Counted from the stretch's first letter, positions 50,759-59,341 are shown. The stretch is 64,000 nucleotides of DNA from an uncultured bacterium (GCA_903831805.1 CAIKZD010000009.1:217939-281938); one strand, 5' to 3'. Notes: generated by a model from the letters alone, not told the origin. Translations and numbers: made by a program.

Positions 50759-52048
50759 TTATTTTTGTTTGTCGGTTAAATTTTGTATCACAGCTTGATT
50801 AACTCTATACATATCCAAAATATTTTTTTCTAATTCGCTTAAATTAGAGATTATATTAATATCGTCTAGGGCATCAAGAGGTTGAGTGATTTGAATAGGA
50901 TTATTGTCACGTGTGCCAATATTTAGCTTTAATAATCCGTTTTCTACATGAGCATCAATTTCGTGCATTGGCCAACGTGTTTGTGCAACTTCTTTTGTGT
51001 TATATTTATGATTTACATCCTCATAGCCAATATATAATGCATCGACTCCAAAGGAGCTTCCGTTTTCACTTTGATATTGTATATACGCAACACGACCGTT
51101 AGAACCTTGGACTGGTTTTGACAATGAAATTTTGTCGTATCCCATGACGATCGCTCTATTTTTTATTACGTCGACATAAAGCTTGCGTCCAATCTCGGTG
51201 CTGATTTTTGAAAGTTCTCTTGCAAGCTGTGCTTCTTCGTGTGAAATGTTTTTCCTAACAGGAGGGGTTAATTTCTCCGACATATCTTCTCTAATTTCTG
51301 AATTGTATTCGAAGGAAAGCATAATATTCTTCGCCTGGTCTCTGAGTGACACACCATAATCTTCTGAGATGAAAGTGTGGCCTCCGTGCGACAAGCTACT
51401 AAACACCTCGGATAAATTATCCACACTTTCCTTATATATTTTCTCCACTTGCTCAATGTTGGATAATTTTTGAAGACTTTTGATATTCATCATTTCTAGG
51501 TCTGCGATTACTATTTTCATATCAACATCGCTCCCTTTTTTTGGAATAACTACAAAAAAGGCATCGAATCTAATTTTGATACCGTAAAGAGCTGCTCTTA
51601 TAAGATCGTGGTGTATATCCTCAAGGGCTTGCACAAAGTTTGTAATTGATTCGATTTTTTCATCTCGACTCTCTTTTATTTTGTTATGTGCAAGGGCGAT
51701 GTTATTGCCAGCATTAAAATCAGTCATTGCGATTTCATTTTTGCCAATTGCTCGAAATGTAGTAGGTATGTGTTTTAATCCAATTATTTTTAATGCACTA
51801 TACACATCAATAGCAACATCACGATTGTAATTACATTCTTCCGCATCATAACCACGAAAATATTTTAGAACTAAATTCATCTCTCTAAAATTTTCGCCTC
51901 GTTCAACACGAGCTACGACACGAGAGATGTTTCCTACATTAGCAAAGCTTAAATTAGGATTATCTATGGGGTCTTCCTCCTTTTTGATTGAAAATTCAGT
52001 TTCCTTGCCACTGCTATGAGAAGCAATTTTGGTTATTCTTTCGAACAT
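50759..52048 (-). CDS. Hypothetical protein with a possible kinase-like N-terminal domain
   Basis: LVLKYF, IAMTDF and KIVIADLE occur in kinase-like order. Confidence 0.6.
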   Translation of the reverse strand: MFERITKIASHSSGKETEFSIKKEEDPIDNPNLSFANVGNISRVVARVERGENFREMNLVLKYFRGYDAEECNYNRDVAIDVYSALKIIGLKHIPTTFRAIGKNEIAMTDFNAGNNIALAHNKIKESRDEKIESITNFVQALEDIHHDLIRAALYGIKIRFDAFFVVIPKKGSDVDMKIVIADLEMMNIKSLQKLSNIEQVEKIYKESVDNLSEVFSSLSHGGHTFISEDYGVSLRDQAKNIMLSFEYNSEIREDMSEKLTPPVRKNISHEEAQLARELSKISTEIGRKLYVDVIKNRAIVMGYDKISLSKPVQGSNGRVAYIQYQSENGSSFGVDALYIGYEDVNHKYNTKEVAQTRWPMHEIDAHVENGLLKLNIGTRDNNPIQITQPLDALDDINIISNLSELEKNILDMYRVNQAVIQNLTDKQK

Positions 52049-52070
52049 GTTTATATTATCTCAAAATATT

Positions 52071-52140
52071 AATAAATTCGTTTTCGTAGCCTTAGCGGAG
52101 AAAACACCTTTTTCCCCTCTATAAATAGATAAAAAAAACT
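52071..52140 (-). repeat. Cassette leader element, copy 2 of 3
   Basis: CGTTTTCGTAGCCTTAGCGGAGAAAACACCTTTTTCCCCTCT. Confidence 0.9.
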
Positions 52141-52190
52141 TATTTTTCCTTATTATAAAAAGCGAATTTAAAAAAGAAAATAAATTTATT

Positions 52191-52321
52191 TCGTCTAACG
52201 TTAGGCATATCCGAAGTTTTTCTGTAGCGTAGCGAAGGAAAAATTTGGGAGAGAAAATTTTGCTTTCCTTATTTTATTATAAAGTGCAAAATTTTTGAAC
52301 CGGATATGCCTTGTTATGTGA
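52191..52321 (-). repeat. attC-like site D
   Basis: TCGTCTAAC-gtt-AGGCATATCCG...CGGATATGCCT-t-GTTATGTGA. Confidence 0.92.
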
Positions 52322-52383
52322 TGTAAAATTCTTTCTTTTTTCTTTTTTTAAATTTGCTTTATAAATGATAAATAAGTTTTTTT

Positions 52384-52442
52384 GTTTTTGATTTTGGGCA
52401 GAGGGGTAAGGGGTGAATGCCCAAAATCAAAAACTCCTTATT
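52384..52442. repeat. Cassette trailer hairpin, copy 3 of 3
   Basis: GTTTTTGATTTTGGGCA-loop-TGCCCAAAATCAAAAAC-TCCTTATT. Confidence 0.92.
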
Positions 52443-52471
52443 CTTAAACAAAAAGGCAAAAAGGAAGGGGT

Positions 52472-53992
52472 TTAAGGGGAGGGAATTTTTGCCTTTTTGT
52501 TTTCTTTCACCAATTTACTCATTTTTATTTTTGGAGATATTCCTAACTCAAAACATTTTCTTGCCCACGATTCAATCTTTTGTTTTAAAATTATAGAATT
52601 AATTTCGGATATTTTTTTAGGTAAATTCTTATTTTGGATAACTAACCAAATGCAATAATTTTTAAAATCAATATCAATCTTTTTTGTGTTCGCTTTTTTG
52701 CCGATGAGTTCTAATGTATTGTTTGCTTGATCACAGACATAACCTAATTTTTGAGCAGTTCCAAATTTTACGGCATAAACAGTTTCGCCCTTTTTTGAAT
52801 CCCACGCCTCAACTAGCGTTCCAGCTTTAACCTTAATAATTGAAAAGTTTTTATCGGCATCAGAATATCCATGTTCTTTTAGACTTTTATTAAAATCACC
52901 TTCTATGCCAGTAATTTCAAGTAAGTCATTTTCAACTTCATCCAGATCAATGCTATCGATGTATTCGTTTAATTGATCCATATAGTCCTCATTAAATTTC
53001 ATCCACTTACCTTGCGTTAGAAGGACATTTTGATCATCAATAATATAATCTATCGATTCTTTTACAGTTTTAGAAAACGGCTTAGCATCTTCCTTGATTA
53101 TATGAACCCTTATACTGAGAATTTGCTCCTTGGGAATGGAATTCGTTGATATAAAAGTATTTAATCTATCGATTGTAAGTTCTTCGAATTCAGCCGATGT
53201 AAAACTGTCTAAGGAAAATTTATATTTTTCCTGTCCAGAGAAAATAAAATCAATTCCGATAAGCTCATGACTATTTGAAGTGAAATCTGTGCTATCTTTT
53301 GAGGCAATAATCTCTTCTGCTAATTTATTTTCATACCCAACTGTTATAGGGGATGTATCAAGAATGATTGTTCGCGGTAATTTAAATAATTCAGGAGATT
53401 CATAAACTTTAATTATTGATTCTAAAAATTCTGGCAATGCTTCTTTCTCAACTAGTGGACTTAGTAATGAAGAAGAACCAAATTTACCTGACTTGCCAAA
53501 ATTTTCTATAAAATCTTTAGAAATAGATGATTGTAAATAATCGATAGATTCACCACTCTCAATATCCAGTTGGCTATTTTTTGTATAACTTTTTATTTCT
53601 TTTTTCTTTTTTCCCGCGAATTTTTTTGACGATTTTTGTCTGATATCTTTTTGATTCGCAATTCTTTTGGCTATATGAATGCCAAAATCATGATCGCAAA
53701 ATTGTCGTAGATAAAAATGCGATTTCCCATAGCTTAATGCAAAACAATATTTTTCATTTTCCCAAATATAAGCGCAAAAGTAGATTCTATTTTCGGGCTT
53801 ATCTTCGTTGAAAAAATCTTTGTATGTTTCTGCCCACGGAATTTGAATCGGATCAATATCTTTGGAAAAATAAAAATCACCTTTCCAGCCTTTTTCTTCG
53901 CTCGAGTTAATATTTTTAAGTCCTAATGATTCAAATTTATCTTTTAAATCATTGACTTTGTCTTTTGGAATTTTAAAAATATTTAGCTTCAT
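52472..53992 (-). CDS. TIGR04141/DUF6119-like sporadically distributed protein
   Basis: FALSYGKSHFYL..DFG..IAKR, GKWMKF and a C-terminal E..D..VK nuclease-like pattern. Confidence 0.6.
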   Translation of the reverse strand: MKLNIFKIPKDKVNDLKDKFESLGLKNINSSEEKGWKGDFYFSKDIDPIQIPWAETYKDFFNEDKPENRIYFCAYIWENEKYCFALSYGKSHFYLRQFCDHDFGIHIAKRIANQKDIRQKSSKKFAGKKKKEIKSYTKNSQLDIESGESIDYLQSSISKDFIENFGKSGKFGSSSLLSPLVEKEALPEFLESIIKVYESPELFKLPRTIILDTSPITVGYENKLAEEIIASKDSTDFTSNSHELIGIDFIFSGQEKYKFSLDSFTSAEFEELTIDRLNTFISTNSIPKEQILSIRVHIIKEDAKPFSKTVKESIDYIIDDQNVLLTQGKWMKFNEDYMDQLNEYIDSIDLDEVENDLLEITGIEGDFNKSLKEHGYSDADKNFSIIKVKAGTLVEAWDSKKGETVYAVKFGTAQKLGYVCDQANNTLELIGKKANTKKIDIDFKNYCIWLVIQNKNLPKKISEINSIILKQKIESWARKCFELGISPKIKMSKLVKENKKAKIPSP

Positions 53993-53998
53993 GCTTAT

Positions 53999-55516
53999 TT
54001 ATGCGGTTACTTCATTTAAAGAGGTTTTCATCTCAAGGCTATTAACAAATTTATCAATATTTGAGATTCTCACTTCCAAACCATCTTTTTTGATAAAATC
54101 AAAGTAGCGTTCGGTATCAATAAAAGATTTTGGCGAGATAAACACGGAATATGATTTTGTGCCTTTTTTTACATATTCTTCAAGGTGTCGATGTATAGAA
54201 AACGACTCTCTGATATGCTGTTGCGTTCCAGTCAGTAAAGTTACTTCGATCAAAACTGTGTCTTTTTCTTCCAAACATTCAATGTCGGGGCTTCCGCCAG
54301 ACGCAAAACTTGTTGGCAAGCCTTCATCGTCGGATATGAAATTAGGTTTTACGATAACATCTGGTAATTTTTTGAGGATTGCCAATGAAGTTAAAAATTC
54401 CAATCGTAATGGTTGCTCAATGACTTTCAAAATATTATCGCTAGAAGATTTTTTCTGTGCCAAATTAAGAAGTTCGGTTTTAATTGAATCCCAAGCATAA
54501 TGATCAACCCATTTTTCCAATTCTGCCTTTGTGGTTTTCGCTGGTGCTCCAAATACGGTAAGCGTTGAGATTAAATCGTGGTCGACTTGTCCGATATACT
54601 CAAAAAATTCTTTTTCCGTTTCAAATTCTTTGTAGGAAATATAATTTTTTAAAATATAATCAACGGTTGTAGATTCTTTTGAGTTTATATCTATAAAACG
54701 ACCACCGCCACGCAAAGAAAGTAAGCCAGTTAAACGCATTTTTCGTATAAAATCGTCAGGATAATCACCAAGGATTGAATTATCATCTCTCTTTGTTTCG
54801 TTTAGCAATTCATAGCAAAGATCTAAAATTACTTCGTTGCTCGGTGTATAACCATGTTTTTTGCGTAATTTTTTAATTTCTCGATATAAACTTTCAGCGT
54901 TATCGTTTTGCCAACATAGCAACAATGGTATTTCCGATCTGGATATACCAGCACCCTTGTATGCTGGGTCATTATTCAAAAGTTTTATGGTTTGTATAAG
55001 CAAAATAAGCGGAACATTTTTATTTAAAACGCGACGAAATGGATTTTGGCGTTGATATTTTGCAAAAGCATTTGCAAAAACCATTAACTCATTTTCTGGC
55101 TTTTCTTTGTCCAATAACATCTTTCCGCTTTCGGAAAATTTTATTTCTTCATTTTGCCAATACCAAACAAAACCAAGTTCTTTGGCAATTTTAAACCAAG
55201 TATCAAATCTTGATGGCCATCCTTTTTCAAACCCTGCTTCTTTGTGGCTTTGAGGGTTGTCGGAAAATACTTTTTTGGTTTCAGTTTCGCTTAATTCAAT
55301 CTCATTTTTCCATTTATCTTTTACAGCCGAAGTTACTTTCATGGGTTGGTATAATCCTTTTTGAATTAAGGATTTGGCGACTTTATCAATAATTTCGTTT
55401 GTTAAAATTTCGCCGTCATATTCCGCAAGTACGGTCAAAAAATCCTTCAACCGTTCAGGATTCCTCATTGTTGTTGTAAATAGCAATGGTTTGTATTCAG
55501 ATTGTCGTTTAGTCAT
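53999..55516 (-). CDS. AlwI-family Type IIS restriction endonuclease
   Basis: FTTTMRNPER N-terminus; DDEGLP..ASGGSPDIEC..IEVTL catalytic motif; two adjacent adenine MTases. Confidence 0.82.
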   Translation of the reverse strand: MTKRQSEYKPLLFTTTMRNPERLKDFLTVLAEYDGEILTNEIIDKVAKSLIQKGLYQPMKVTSAVKDKWKNEIELSETETKKVFSDNPQSHKEAGFEKGWPSRFDTWFKIAKELGFVWYWQNEEIKFSESGKMLLDKEKPENELMVFANAFAKYQRQNPFRRVLNKNVPLILLIQTIKLLNNDPAYKGAGISRSEIPLLLCWQNDNAESLYREIKKLRKKHGYTPSNEVILDLCYELLNETKRDDNSILGDYPDDFIRKMRLTGLLSLRGGGRFIDINSKESTTVDYILKNYISYKEFETEKEFFEYIGQVDHDLISTLTVFGAPAKTTKAELEKWVDHYAWDSIKTELLNLAQKKSSSDNILKVIEQPLRLEFLTSLAILKKLPDVIVKPNFISDDEGLPTSFASGGSPDIECLEEKDTVLIEVTLLTGTQQHIRESFSIHRHLEEYVKKGTKSYSVFISPKSFIDTERYFDFIKKDGLEVRISNIDKFVNSLEMKTSLNEVTA

Positions 55517-55520
55517 AATT

Positions 55521-56426
55521 TTAATAGTTAGTAATCAGAACTTCTTTAATTATCTTTTTGCCGTTGTTATGATAATTAATGTAGTTGCTTTCAATTTTGT
55601 GTACCTTGTATTTTTTCATCCATTCTAATAAAAAATCATTTTTGCTCCCGTTATAGTGAGTAACATTTGATAAAGCGAATTTAACACCTTTTTTGTCTAA
55701 GACATCAATCATTTTCAATAAATCAATTTCTAATTCCTTGTTCCATAATTTATTATATTCGCTTGCGGATATTAAGTATGGTGGATCTAAATATACAAAA
55801 TCATTTTTTGAATATTTTTTGTCCGCAAAAAACTTTTTGAAATCTTTTGAAGTTATAGATATTTTTTTATCATGTACAAAATCAAAGTAGCCGTTCAAGG
55901 CGTTAATCACATTTTTATTAAAATCAACATTGCCAACAGGTAAATTAAATTTTCCTCCGCCATTGAATCTTAACATTCTATTAAATCCATAAATAAGTAG
56001 GATGTATAAAATCAAGGGGTCGTTTTTTTGATAATTATTTACGCTCATTCTTAATTTATCGTATCCTTCCTTATTAAATCTTGCGTAATAGGTTTTTTTA
56101 AACTCCTTTTTTAACGAATCAGGGACAATATCTTTTTTATATGAGTGCGAAAATTTATATTTGTGGATTATTTTTTCGGTATCCTTGAAAAACTTTTCTG
56201 GATTTTTTGAACTGGCGATTAAAAGTTTTTGAATATTTATCAGATGTTTGTCTATATCATTGAGAAAATATTTTTTTGCCTCAATATTCAGAAATACCGT
56301 GCCACCGCCGACAAAAGGTTCATAAAAATTATTTATTTCTTTGGGAAATAAATTTATGAGTTGTTTCATCAACTTATATTTATCGCCGACATAAAACAGG
56401 GGCGATCTTTTTATTTTATTGCTCAT
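55521..56426 (-). CDS. Dam-like N6-adenine DNA methyltransferase
   Basis: YVGDK, EPFVGGG, YLDPPY and EVLITNY. Confidence 0.93.
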   Translation of the reverse strand: MSNKIKRSPLFYVGDKYKLMKQLINLFPKEINNFYEPFVGGGTVFLNIEAKKYFLNDIDKHLINIQKLLIASSKNPEKFFKDTEKIIHKYKFSHSYKKDIVPDSLKKEFKKTYYARFNKEGYDKLRMSVNNYQKNDPLILYILLIYGFNRMLRFNGGGKFNLPVGNVDFNKNVINALNGYFDFVHDKKISITSKDFKKFFADKKYSKNDFVYLDPPYLISASEYNKLWNKELEIDLLKMIDVLDKKGVKFALSNVTHYNGSKNDFLLEWMKKYKVHKIESNYINYHNNGKKIIKEVLITNY

Positions 56427-58231
56427 ATTTTTGCTTTCGTTACAAACAGGTATTCCTTGTGATTATTGAAATTGGTATTGCCTGCATTAAAATGTCTATA
56501 ATTTTTTTCAAAAACTTTGGTTGGTCCTTTTTTCTGCAAAATCTGTTCAATCTCTTGGAGTGTAATTTTGTTTTTTGATGAATTACTCTTTGAATCGTAA
56601 GTGTTATTGTATGAAACGACCAAAAATTTAGCGTCAAGGTCTCTCACGAGTTCCGCAAATTTATCTTTGGCGTTGGCTCGGCAGTAGTCGCTCATATTTT
56701 CCGGGTCTGGTTTTAACGCAACCCCATGAAGCTTTGGCTTGTCCCACTTAGTTAATGTTTCAAGTACATGGTAAAATCTGCTGTATTGTCTTGAGTTGTA
56801 AGGTGGGTCAATGTAAACCACATCAGCATTAATTTTTTTTGCCAGATTGTTTGTGTCTTCCTGAAAAATAGTTATTTCTTGCGTATCTATCGGATCAATC
56901 GGTTTCATGAAAAAACTATCATTTACAAATTCTTTTTTAAAATATGCGTCAAAATGTCCGACTGTGTTGGCAATTTTATCGGCGGTATAAAGCAACGAGG
57001 CGATTAACATAAAATATTCTCTCTCAGTTAAGTTTTTCCTGTTTTCCTCTATATTTTCACGAATAAAGCCGATGATTTTCGCTGAATTTTTACTAAAAAA
57101 TTTACCGCCAAAATTTTTAGAAAAATAATTTTCCTCTAAATCATCGCCATAAATATTGTTGTAACTTTTAATAATGTTATCGATTTTGACTTTATTCCAT
57201 GCCTCGTTTCCAAAAAAAGCCTGATATATCGCGTAATTTGAATGCAGAAAGTCGTTTAATAAAACTTTTTCAAAGTGTTTGGTTGCAACAGCGGATACAA
57301 CACCCGTTCCTGCAAAAATATCCGCAAAGGAATTGCCACTGCATTCTTTATTTATTATAGAAAAAATCCATTCAATCAGCTTGTGTTTGTTACCAATATA
57401 TCTGCGATTGTGTAATTGAAGATGGTTTTCTTTCACTTGTGGGATATAAAAATAATTTTCTTGGATTTTTTCAGCGGTTATTTCATAGGATGGTCGTTCA
57501 GTTTCAAACATAGCAAAAAGCGTGCCTTGTATTCCGTCTGCAACATAATCAACGCTTGCTTTTTCCTTATTTAATTTTTCGTAGAAACTGTAATGATTAT
57601 TTTCAGAGATGATAATAAAATCAATAACTGGTATTCCCATTATTTCACCAGCTTGTACGATTTTTTCAATAATTTGATTATCCTTTTCGCTTGGTAAAGA
57701 ATCGCCCGAAGGGTGATTATGAACTAAAATTACACTGGCGGCGTTTAATTCAGTCGCGGGATAAAAAATTTCTCTCGGATGTAGTAGCGCTTTATCTAAA
57801 AGACCGACACTAACAACTTCTTTTTTCAACAAAACATTTCGTGCGTTTAAATAAAGACAAACTAAATGTTCTTTTTTCTTGTCTCTTAAATCGTAAGTAA
57901 GAGATAAAATATCTTGAGAATTTTTTATAACAATCTCGTTGGTTTTGTTTTCGTCGTAAAATCTTTTTACTAATGAAATTGCGGAAGCAATTTGCAATGC
58001 TTTTGCTTGTCCGATTCCTGAAATCTCTAAAAGATCATCAACGGTTATATTCAAAAAGTTTTTACCGAATTTTTTGATAATATTCTCAGAAAGCTGTCTG
58101 ACATTTTTTCCCTTGATTCCGCTACCCAAAAGAATTGCCAAAAGATCACTCTTTGAAAGTGCATCAGCTCCTTTTTTCAGAAACCTTTCTCTCGGACGAT
58201 CAATTTTTGGTATATCCTTAATTTTTGGCAT
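56423..58231 (-). CDS. RadC (JAB/MPN)-adenine methyltransferase fusion
   Basis: N-terminal RPRER, HhH, HPREIF and HNHPSGD; C-terminal RYIGNK, DIFAGTG and YIDPPYN. Confidence 0.88.
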   Translation of the reverse strand: MPKIKDIPKIDRPRERFLKKGADALSKSDLLAILLGSGIKGKNVRQLSENIIKKFGKNFLNITVDDLLEISGIGQAKALQIASAISLVKRFYDENKTNEIVIKNSQDILSLTYDLRDKKKEHLVCLYLNARNVLLKKEVVSVGLLDKALLHPREIFYPATELNAASVILVHNHPSGDSLPSEKDNQIIEKIVQAGEIMGIPVIDFIIISENNHYSFYEKLNKEKASVDYVADGIQGTLFAMFETERPSYEITAEKIQENYFYIPQVKENHLQLHNRRYIGNKHKLIEWIFSIINKECSGNSFADIFAGTGVVSAVATKHFEKVLLNDFLHSNYAIYQAFFGNEAWNKVKIDNIIKSYNNIYGDDLEENYFSKNFGGKFFSKNSAKIIGFIRENIEENRKNLTEREYFMLIASLLYTADKIANTVGHFDAYFKKEFVNDSFFMKPIDPIDTQEITIFQEDTNNLAKKINADVVYIDPPYNSRQYSRFYHVLETLTKWDKPKLHGVALKPDPENMSDYCRANAKDKFAELVRDLDAKFLVVSYNNTYDSKSNSSKNKITLQEIEQILQKKGPTKVFEKNYRHFNAGNTNFNNHKEYLFVTKAKI

Positions 58232-58233
58232 AA

Positions 58234-59082
58234 TTATTTTTTGTAAATTTCTTCAAGAGTTTTTCCATTTTTGGTTTTCCATTTTTTCCATCCGCTTGTT
58301 GAGTTTCCCAAAATAATATCTGAAGCTGCGCTTGGGCTATTAAAAACATAATCCTTGGTGAATATATAAAGATCACTATCTTTCTTTTCCAAATATCCAT
58401 TTAAAATTAACTTCTCGATGTTCTTTGAGTTTCTTTCGGCTACCGCACTAGAAAATTGAGTTGTGGCTGTAGAATCTTTATATACAACAAAACCTTCGTT
58501 GGTCATACGGCCACTAGCTAAAGCCATTTTGCCACCACATGTAAACAATGGATCGGATGAGTTTGGTTGCTCTTTTGAGGTAATCTCTTGCAAAATAGGA
58601 TAACCGACCGCAGTAAGAAGTAATTTTAAGTTACTTAAAAATTCTTCCATTTCAGCAATATCGGCTTCGGACAATGAGGGCAGTACTGATTTGGCGCCAT
58701 TCTCTAAATTAAATCTTTTTACTAATGTAGCAATTTCTATACACCTACTTTCAAGATATTTTACATGTGCTTTTGTGAGGTTATTGTCTTTACTTACAAA
58801 AGCTATTGCAGTAAACCAAAAGTCTTTTGAGCTATCATGTGTAATCAATCTGTTCCATAAATTTTCAGCTTCACCTATGTATGCAGTAGACAGTAGGGCT
58901 TCTTCATCTTCTTTTCCAATTAAAAAATAAACTGCAGGCTTGTTGCAATCGGGGCGTTGTTTCGTGTCCTTGAGTTTATTACGTGGAATAACTATTGCTT
59001 GACCCACCCAGTTGCTTAACTCAACAGTTTTTAGACCATTTGGTTCACCATCGACGAGAAAAATTTTAATTGTCTTTGCCAT
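58234..59082 (-). CDS. GIY-YIG nuclease family protein with DUF4357
   Basis: AVYFL..YIGEAE..RL..H and KAHVKYLE; C-terminal FNSPSAA..GWKKWK. Confidence 0.85.
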   Translation of the reverse strand: MAKTIKIFLVDGEPNGLKTVELSNWVGQAIVIPRNKLKDTKQRPDCNKPAVYFLIGKEDEEALLSTAYIGEAENLWNRLITHDSSKDFWFTAIAFVSKDNNLTKAHVKYLESRCIEIATLVKRFNLENGAKSVLPSLSEADIAEMEEFLSNLKLLLTAVGYPILQEITSKEQPNSSDPLFTCGGKMALASGRMTNEGFVVYKDSTATTQFSSAVAERNSKNIEKLILNGYLEKKDSDLYIFTKDYVFNSPSAASDIILGNSTSGWKKWKTKNGKTLEEIYKK

Positions 59083-59115
59083 ATTTTATCTAGGTCAAGT
59101 AATTGAATTATATCA

Positions 59116-59195
59116 GTTTTCCCCTTATAAATAAATCGTTTTCGTAGCGGAGCGGAGAAAACACCTTATACCCCTATATAAATAGATAAAAAAAC
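59116..59195 (-). repeat. Cassette leader element, copy 3 of 3
   Basis: GTTTTCCCCTTATAAATAAATCGTTTTCGTAGCGGAGCGGAGAAAACACCTTATACCCCT. Confidence 0.9.
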
Positions 59196-59255
59196 TTATT
59201 TTTCCTTATTATTAAAAAAGCAAATTTAAAAAAAGAAAAAAGAAAGAATTTTATT

Positions 59256-59282
59256 TCACATAACTCTTTATATACGAACTGA
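59256..59282 (-). other. attI-like primary recombination site
   Basis: Minus strand TTCGTATAT-AAAGA-GTTATGTGA; lacks the attC hairpin; lies between the recombinase and the first cassette. Confidence 0.72.
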
Positions 59283-59311
59283 TTGATTTTTTGTTGTTAA
59301 TTGGCTATAAT
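59283..59311 (+). promoter_or_regulatory. Sigma70-type promoter of the recombinase
   Basis: TTGATT-17 bp-TATAAT, ending 30 bp before the ATG. Confidence 0.75.
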
Positions 59312-59341
59312 CCAGATATAAACTTTAAATCATAATGTGTT

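Larger units (their letters stand above)
50606..52199 (-). mobile_element. Cassette 2 (single 429-aa gene)
   Basis: Bounded by GTTAGACGA...TCGTCTAAC and roughly 70-bp imperfect inverted repeats. Confidence 0.87.
52313..59264 (-). mobile_element. Cassette 1 (7 kb): GIY-YIG protein, Type IIS R-M and TIGR04141-like gene
   Basis: Bounded by GTTATGTGA...TCACATAAC and roughly 70-bp imperfect inverted repeats. Confidence 0.87.

Noticed and set aside
41295-52442. CRISPR array interpretation of the recurring repeats
   Set aside because: The repeats are kilobases apart, variable in length and flank genes; there are no regular spacers or cas genes.
41393-59264. Cassettes as IS elements or composite transposons because of their terminal inverted repeats
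   Set aside because: No transposase or target-site duplications are present, and all ends fall at GTT/AAC cores of the hairpin sites.
59270-59341. LexA/SOS box upstream of the recombinase
   Set aside because: Only a lone CGAAC half-site is present; no CTGT-N8-ACAG or GAAC-N4-GTTC palindrome.
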